Assembly (NCBI GenBank): GCA_047602745.1
Contig: JBLKOJ010000005.1
Coordinates: forward strand, 1-41,384
DNA: 41,384 bases
Reading direction: 5' to 3'
Origin: Candidatus Woesearchaeota archaeon
Lineage (GTDB): Archaea; Nanobdellota; Nanobdellia; Woesearchaeales; UBA583
This document shows positions 35,771 through 41,384 of the stretch, in pieces. A program made the translations under genes and the position numbers. Below the pieces are notes generated by a model. The model did no database searches and was not told the DNA's origin. It was given only the letters and a program-made list of their open reading frames with translations. Within the stretch, counting starts at the first letter, position 1. Each line of letters opens with the position of its first letter.

Positions 35771-35778
35771 TTTTAAAT
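35771..35778 (+). promoter_or_regulatory. TATA-box-like TTTTAAAT 24 nt upstream of the ATG at 35802
   Basis: Read in the sequence. Confidence 0.35.
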
Positions 35779-35801
35779 AGTCTTACTATATCAATTTCAT
35801 A

Positions 35802-37544
35802 ATGAGTAAGATTACATTAGTCCCCACATTATTCTCAACTTCATTTGAAGAGATGATTGAACAATATCTTAACATTAACAAGTATTCTAATTTTTATTTT
35901 TCTTATTTTCATATTGACATAATGAGAGATGATTTTGTATCTTCAACTAATTATGATGCTCAGAAATTAGAAAAATTATGTTCCTTATTACATAAAAATG
36001 AACATAGAGCTGAAGTTCATTTAATGGTTAAACATCCTCTTGAATTTATTGAGGAAATAATAAGAATAAACTCAATATATAATAATTGTATTTCAAGCAT
36101 TATCATTCATTATGAAAGTTTTGATTCTAAAGAAGAGTTAGAGTTTGTAGTTGAGCAAGTAACATCTAATTATTCATCAATTTCTTTTCAATTAGCAATT
36201 AATCCTAACACCACTGTTGAAGACATTATTACTTTACTTTCATCATTTTCAAACATAATGGTTATGGGAGTAGTTCCAGGAAAGCAGAGGCAAAATTTTA
36301 TTGAAAATAGACTTAGTGTAATCATGTTACTTTTAAAACTTGGAGTTAATGTAAGCATTGATGGGGGATTAAATGAGAAAACTATATCTCAAATACTTCT
36401 AAAGATATCTCCTCTACTAGTTCAATCACAACTCCAATTCAATATTGGCTCATATTTAAATAATATCCATACTTCTAAAAAAGAATTTAACACCAAACTT
36501 ACCACACTACAACATCAAATAAAAAACCACTTACATCTCTCTAACCTTACTCATCAAGAACAGCTTTCAAAAAATCCATACATTGTACTCATTGATGTAG
36601 GAGGGACACACACTAAAATATATATAGGTTCATTTGAGGAATTCTCAGTAAAACACATTCAAGTAATTCAAACTTCCTCAATTAAAACATTTGGAACTAA
36701 ACATCCACAAGAATTGTTTACATCAATTATTAAAAAAATAGGAATTCATAGTAAAATTGATTTTTTAATTTTAGGAGTTGCGGGAGAAAAACACGATTCA
36801 ACTATCTTGATGACTCATCAAGAATTAGAATTTGATATGAAATTTATTAAAGAACAATTTCCTCAATTTAAAGAAGTTTTCTTATATAATGATTGTGAAT
36901 TAGCAGGATATGGAGTTCAAAGTTCACAGGAATATTTAGATAATACGGTTCAAAAATATAAACGTACACATAACAATCTCTCTCACATTCAAAATAATAC
37001 TTCTTTAGATTCACATTTTTTAGAATTATTAATTATTATTGGAACTGGAGTAGGAATTGCACATATTTCAAATCAGGGTATTTCATATAATTCTCAAGGA
37101 GGTCATATTATTACTCAACTTGATGATATACTTTACTTAGAATATTTACGTTCAAATTTAGAAAAAAATACAATTTCTTTTGATGATATTATTAGTGCAA
37201 GAGGGCTTGAAGCTAGATATCAGTATGATACAGGAGAGTATAAAAGTACGTATGAAATTTGTAAACTTGCGTTTAAAAAAGATGTAAGAGTTACTAAAAC
37301 AATAGAATTTTATTTACAAGAATTATATTATTTTTTACTTGATTGTATGTATTTTGATAATATTGTAACTAATATATATTTAGGAGGAGAGTTTTCATAT
37401 AAAATGGTTGAACTATTTAAATTATATAAACCTAAAGAATTTCAAGAGTTGCAACAAAAATGTACCATTATTTGTATCTCTAATGATTATTTACAATTCT
37501 CAGGAGCTCTGCAAATTATTTATTCAAAAATATTTGAGAATTAA
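35802..37544 (+). CDS. fusion protein: ribulose-phosphate 3-epimerase-like TIM barrel (N) + glucokinase (Glk)-like sugar kinase (C)
   Basis: N-terminal half: FHIDIMRDDFV, EVHLMVKHP, MGVVPGKQRQNFIE, SIDGGLN (RPE family landmarks). C-terminal half: LIDVGGTHTKIYIG, ILGVAGEKHDSTILMTHQELEF, LYNDCELAGYG, IIGTGVGIA, QGGH (Glk family landmarks). Confidence 0.7.
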   Translation: MSKITLVPTLFSTSFEEMIEQYLNINKYSNFYFSYFHIDIMRDDFVSSTNYDAQKLEKLCSLLHKNEHRAEVHLMVKHPLEFIEEIIRINSIYNNCISSIIIHYESFDSKEELEFVVEQVTSNYSSISFQLAINPNTTVEDIITLLSSFSNIMVMGVVPGKQRQNFIENRLSVIMLLLKLGVNVSIDGGLNEKTISQILLKISPLLVQSQLQFNIGSYLNNIHTSKKEFNTKLTTLQHQIKNHLHLSNLTHQEQLSKNPYIVLIDVGGTHTKIYIGSFEEFSVKHIQVIQTSSIKTFGTKHPQELFTSIIKKIGIHSKIDFLILGVAGEKHDSTILMTHQELEFDMKFIKEQFPQFKEVFLYNDCELAGYGVQSSQEYLDNTVQKYKRTHNNLSHIQNNTSLDSHFLELLIIIGTGVGIAHISNQGISYNSQGGHIITQLDDILYLEYLRSNLEKNTISFDDIISARGLEARYQYDTGEYKSTYEICKLAFKKDVRVTKTIEFYLQELYYFLLDCMYFDNIVTNIYLGGEFSYKMVELFKLYKPKEFQELQQKCTIICISNDYLQFSGALQIIYSKIFEN

Positions 37545-37590
37545 TAGTTAATATAAAAGTTAATAAGTATAGAAAATACCAATTCAAAAA

Positions 37591-38307
37591 TTAATCATCT
37601 TTTTGAAGATGATAACTTGCACTTCCTTTAGTTTTATTCTTCAAGAATTCAATTGTTTCATCAACTCTTCCTGTTGGAACTTTAAGATGCATGTGTAGAT
37701 TTCCACTATCATCATAAAACTGCTTCTCAATGGTTCCAAACTCTCTTACAGGTTTAATTAAAAGTCCAGCATATTGAGATTCAACTTGTAAAATAATAAT
37801 AGTAGAGTCAAATTTAATTGGTATTTTATGTTTTAATTCTTTAAATACATCTTCTGCTTGTTTGATATGATTTCTAAATGGAAGAATTGAAATTTTTAAA
37901 TTTTCAATTTCATCTTTTAACATTGTAGTTGTGTATCTATGTTTAGTTTGTGGATTTATAGTTTGATTTGTTAAATAATTTACTATTAAATCTTTTTTTC
38001 TCTCTCTAAGTTCATTTAAATAACTTGTTGGAATTTGAGCATCTCCATTTTGTGCAATTTCTTTAAGTATTTCTTCTTCATTTTTATTAGGAAATAATTT
38101 TTCAAGTGTATCAGAGTCTACAACAAGACCTTTTTTAGAGTCTGAAAATATTTTAGTGTCTGCAAAAATATCATATATTGAAACTTCTTCTCTTTCTTTT
38201 TCTTCTTTTTCTAAATACTTTGCAAGAGTTTTATATTCAACAAGAGCTTCTACTTCTAAATTTCCTTTTTTAAATCTAATAATACAAGATTCATCTACTT
38301 TTGCCAT
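37591..38307 (-). CDS. SBDS-family ribosome maturation protein
   Basis: N-terminal FYSH-domain pattern IIRFKKGNLEVEALV...IFSDSKKG. 238 aa with the typical archaeal three-domain length. Confidence 0.8.
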   Translation of the reverse strand: MAKVDESCIIRFKKGNLEVEALVEYKTLAKYLEKEEKEREEVSIYDIFADTKIFSDSKKGLVVDSDTLEKLFPNKNEEEILKEIAQNGDAQIPTSYLNELRERKKDLIVNYLTNQTINPQTKHRYTTTMLKDEIENLKISILPFRNHIKQAEDVFKELKHKIPIKFDSTIIILQVESQYAGLLIKPVREFGTIEKQFYDDSGNLHMHLKVPTGRVDETIEFLKNKTKGSASYHLQKDD

Positions 38308-38460
38308 GTAATAGAATAAAGAATTGATATATTATAAACTTTAATAACTTTTTATTTAGAAACAGTAAAGAAATTCTATTATCTACTAAATCTGACTCCT
38401 TTACCACTTAAATTAAATCAATAAATATTAAAATTAAACATTTTATTTACAAATTAGTGA

Positions 38461-38697
38461 ATGGAAAGAGGTCTTTTATTTTTAATGTTTAGTATTTTTG
38501 TTGTTGCAGGAGCCTTACTTTTTGTATCAATTCCTGGAACTGCTGATTTGAAATTATTAAAAGAAGAAATGACACTAGGAAAAGAAGGAGAGTTATGTAG
38601 AAGTCCGACATTAGTTAGAGATTGTGAAAGAGGTCTTGAGTGTGTAATTTTAGAGCAAGATTTTTATACCAAAGCATATTGTTTGAGAAATGATTAA
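38461..38697 (+). CDS. small signal/anchor-bearing protein with four Cys, hypothetical
   Basis: N-terminal hydrophobic LLFLMFSIFVVAGALLFVSI, then CRSPTLVRDCERGLECV...YC. Confidence 0.4.
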   Translation: MERGLLFLMFSIFVVAGALLFVSIPGTADLKLLKEEMTLGKEGELCRSPTLVRDCERGLECVILEQDFYTKAYCLRND

Positions 38698-38887
38698 AGT
38701 TAAATTATTTTTAAAATTTTAGTTTAATTACTTTAGTTATTAAATTCTAAAATTCAATTAATTAGGTGATTATAATTGTTTTCAACTTTATTAAAATATT
38801 TTTCTTCTCTTTATATGAGTAAATTTTATAAACTAAAAAATTACCTATTAATTTAAGTTAGAAAATTTGAACTGAAATAATGTAAAA

Positions 38888-41338
38888 ATGGTTGATGTAA
38901 AATTAAAAGTAGCAGAAGCTCATCAAGATGATGTTAATAAAGGAATTGTTAGAGTCGATAGTTCTATTATTAGATCTCTTGGTTTAAATATCGGAGATGT
39001 AATTGGAATTAAAGCAGAGCGAGAGACAGTAGGAGTAGTCGAGAGAGCATATCCTAGCGATTTAGGTCTTGAAATTATTAGAATGGATGGGACAGTTAGA
39101 AAGAATGCAAGAGTTGGAATTGGTGAGCACGTCACAATTTTTAAGCCAAAACTTGAAGAAGCCACTAAAGTAACACTTGCTCCAATGCAAGAATTTATAA
39201 TGCATCCTGCAACATTTGCAAATTTAAAAAAAAGTTTATTTAAAAAAGCATTTGCTTCAGGTGATGTCATAACTATAGGTTCAGGAGTTGAGAGAAATCC
39301 TTCTTTTGGTTCAGGAAACCCATTTGCAATAGATTTAGTAAAAGCATTTGAAAATGAATTTTTAGGATTTAATCAAGGTTCTTTAAAATTTAAAGTTGTT
39401 GGTGCTAAACCTAGAGGTTTTTTATATATTTCACAGCATACACAAGTTGAAATTACCTCTCAAGAAGGAGAGGAAGAAGTCGGAGGAGGAGTAAATTATG
39501 AAGATATCGGAGGTTTAAAATCACATATTGAAAAAATTAGAGAATTAGTTGAATTACCTTTAAAGCATCCAGAATTATTTACAAAATTAGGAATTGAACC
39601 TCCTAAAGGAATTTTGTTGTATGGGCCACCAGGGACGGGTAAAACACTTTTAGCAAGAGCAATTGCTAATGAAACTGAAGCGAGTTTTTTTTCAATCTCA
39701 GCTCCTGAAATTATTAATAAATTTTATGGAGAAAGTGAGAAGAAATTACGTGAATTGTTTGAAAATGCTCAAAAAGAATCTCCAGCAGTTGTTTTTATTG
39801 ATGAAATTGATGCGATAGCTCAAAAAAGAGAAGAAGTTCAAGGTGAAGTTGAGAAGAGAATTGTTGCTCAACTTTTAACATTAATGGATGGACTAAAAAA
39901 ATCAAATAAACTAATCGTAATTGCTGCTACAAATAGACCTGATTCATTAGATGAAGCTTTAAGAAGACCTGGTAGATTTGATAGAGAACTAGAAATAGGA
40001 GTTCCAAAAGAAGACGATAGACTTGAAATTTTACAAATTCATACTCGTGGAATGCCTATTGCACTTCCAAAAGATTTTTCTCCATATGAGTCTCAACTTA
40101 ATGCATTTTTGAAAAAATATCCTGATATTAAACTTAATACTGAGGAAATTAAAAAAGCTTTTGAAGATGATAAAGAAGAAGGTACATTAAAAGGGTTATT
40201 AAAACTTCCTGAAGAAGTAGTTGAGAAGATTAGAAAAAAAGAAACAAGTAAATTACTCAAAGAAATGTCAAAAAATACACATGGATTTGTAGGTGCAGAT
40301 TTAGGAGCTTTAGTTAAAGAAGCTGCTTTTAATGTTTTAAGAAGAACATTTCCTCAACTAAATGTAGGAGAAGATGATGAAATTCCTCAAGAAGTATTAC
40401 AAAAGTTAGAAATTACACAAGATGATTTTGCACAAGCATTAAAGATAATTAGGCCTTCTGCTATGAGAGAGTTATCAGTTGAGGTTCCAAATGTAACTTG
40501 GGATGATATTGGAGGTCTTGGGAGTATTAAGCAGCAAATGATTGAAATGGTAGAGTGGCCTCTAACTAATGCTGATGCTTTTAATAGATTAGGTGTAAAT
40601 GCACCAAAAGGAATTTTAATGTATGGTCCTCCTGGAACTGGAAAAACTTTGTTAGCAAAAGCAGTAGCAACTCAGACAAGTTGTAATTTTATTTATATTA
40701 AAGGTCCTGAAATTATCAATAAATATGTTGGAGAGTCAGAAAAGATGATTCGAAAAATCTTTGAAAAAGCAAGGCAAAATTCTCCAAGTATTGTATTTTT
40801 TGATGAGTTTGATGCAATTGCTGGAACTAGGATGGGGAGAAGTGAAGGGAAGAGTACTGACACTATTGTAAATCAAATTTTAACCGAATTAGATGGACTT
40901 GAAGAATTAATGAATGTAAAAGTTCTTGCTGCAACTAATAGACCTAAATTTATTGACCCTGCTCTTTTAAGACCTGGGAGATTTGATAAACTAGTCCTTG
41001 TAGATGTTCCAGACGTAAAAGCAAGAGAAAGTATTTTAAAAGTTCATTGTAAAAATGTGCCAATTAGTAATAAAGAAGATTTAATTACAGATATTGCTGA
41101 AAAAACGCACGGATATGTTGGAGCAGATTTACAAGCAGTAGTAAGAGAAGCAGGATTAATTGCCTTAAGAGAAAATATTAAAACTAAAGAAATTAAAAAA
41201 GAGCATTTTGAAAAAGCACTTCAAGTAATAAAGCCATCAGTCACTGAAGATTTACAAAAATTTTACTCAGAAGTTGAACAAGAGATGAAAAATCCCAAGA
41301 AGATGCAAGAGAGTTTAAGTATGAGCAGTTATATGTAG
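38888..41338 (+). CDS. cdc48: Cdc48/VCP/VAT-type AAA+ ATPase (N domain + D1 + D2)
   Basis: Two full AAA modules (GPPGTGKTLLA twice; DEIDAIA / DEFDAIA; ATNRPD.. twice; PGRFD twice). VAT-like N domain VRVDSSIIRSLGLNIGDVI. Confidence 0.95.
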   Translation: MVDVKLKVAEAHQDDVNKGIVRVDSSIIRSLGLNIGDVIGIKAERETVGVVERAYPSDLGLEIIRMDGTVRKNARVGIGEHVTIFKPKLEEATKVTLAPMQEFIMHPATFANLKKSLFKKAFASGDVITIGSGVERNPSFGSGNPFAIDLVKAFENEFLGFNQGSLKFKVVGAKPRGFLYISQHTQVEITSQEGEEEVGGGVNYEDIGGLKSHIEKIRELVELPLKHPELFTKLGIEPPKGILLYGPPGTGKTLLARAIANETEASFFSISAPEIINKFYGESEKKLRELFENAQKESPAVVFIDEIDAIAQKREEVQGEVEKRIVAQLLTLMDGLKKSNKLIVIAATNRPDSLDEALRRPGRFDRELEIGVPKEDDRLEILQIHTRGMPIALPKDFSPYESQLNAFLKKYPDIKLNTEEIKKAFEDDKEEGTLKGLLKLPEEVVEKIRKKETSKLLKEMSKNTHGFVGADLGALVKEAAFNVLRRTFPQLNVGEDDEIPQEVLQKLEITQDDFAQALKIIRPSAMRELSVEVPNVTWDDIGGLGSIKQQMIEMVEWPLTNADAFNRLGVNAPKGILMYGPPGTGKTLLAKAVATQTSCNFIYIKGPEIINKYVGESEKMIRKIFEKARQNSPSIVFFDEFDAIAGTRMGRSEGKSTDTIVNQILTELDGLEELMNVKVLAATNRPKFIDPALLRPGRFDKLVLVDVPDVKARESILKVHCKNVPISNKEDLITDIAEKTHGYVGADLQAVVREAGLIALRENIKTKEIKKEHFEKALQVIKPSVTEDLQKFYSEVEQEMKNPKKMQESLSMSSYM

Positions 41339-41345
41339 AGATACT

Positions 41346-41366
41346 AAGTGTTGCTTCGCAACACTT
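41346..41366 (+). terminator. hairpin AAGTGTTGC-TTC-GCAACACTT 8 nt after the cdc48 stop
   Basis: Perfect 9-bp stem read in the sequence. It shares the GTTGC-N3-GCAAC core with the dys hairpins. Confidence 0.4.
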
Positions 41367-41384
41367 GAAGTTTAAGTTTGAATA

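Noticed and set aside
38923-39270. 115-aa minus-strand ORF inside cdc48 (similar cases: 22707..22889, 25129..25332, 27276..27539, 3024..3236, 4821..5012, 11872..12090, 32551..32757)
   Set aside because: These are embedded in or antisense to long, well-supported CDSs and have no independent signals.
1-41384. rRNA, tRNA, RNase P/SRP RNA, integrase or transposase genes, and Hen1 or NurA partners
   Set aside because: I scanned G/C-richer noncoding patches and all ORFs. I saw no T-loop or anticodon-arm pattern, no rRNA-like stretch, no recombinase motifs, and no methyltransferase or nuclease ORF adjacent to the Pnkp-like or HerA-like genes. Absence is judged by eye only.

Overview
AT-rich (roughly 30% GC by eye), tightly packed archaeal chromosome fragment. 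The small-genome style and gene set suggest a DPANN-type archaeon, but the lineage cannot be proven here. The housekeeping backbone is clear. It contains an rpl3-rpl4-rpl23-rpl2-rps19-rpl22-rps3-rpl29-aSUI1 operon, a PUA protein, an m5C RNA methyltransferase, FKBP, deoxyhypusine synthase, TFS, HIT, SBDS and Cdc48. Accessory or unusual content is interleaved with it. (1) A split RND/MMPL exporter sits with an S-layer-domain protein, a DUF2892 protein and a wHTH regulator. (2) A HerA-like ATPase with a long C-terminal extension lies next to a 714-aa protein with a pilin-type (class III) signal peptide. (3) An 824-aa kinase-phosphatase-ligase has the architecture of bacterial Pnkp RNA repair enzymes, with no Hen1 partner. 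(4) A 1975-aa cysteine-module surface protein is translationally coupled to an orphan MacB/LolD-type ABC ATPase, facing a convergent operon of three tiny membrane proteins. (5) A toxin island (MNT-HEPN, class II Fic, MazF-like pair) follows a phased 188-bp tandem repeat that holds a relic, synonymously diverged 3' end of the deoxyhypusine synthase gene, which looks like an integration scar. (6) A ribulose-phosphate-epimerase-like domain is fused to a glucokinase-like domain. No rRNA, tRNA or CRISPR array was recognised. All domain calls come from motifs read by eye in the supplied translations; no searches were run.
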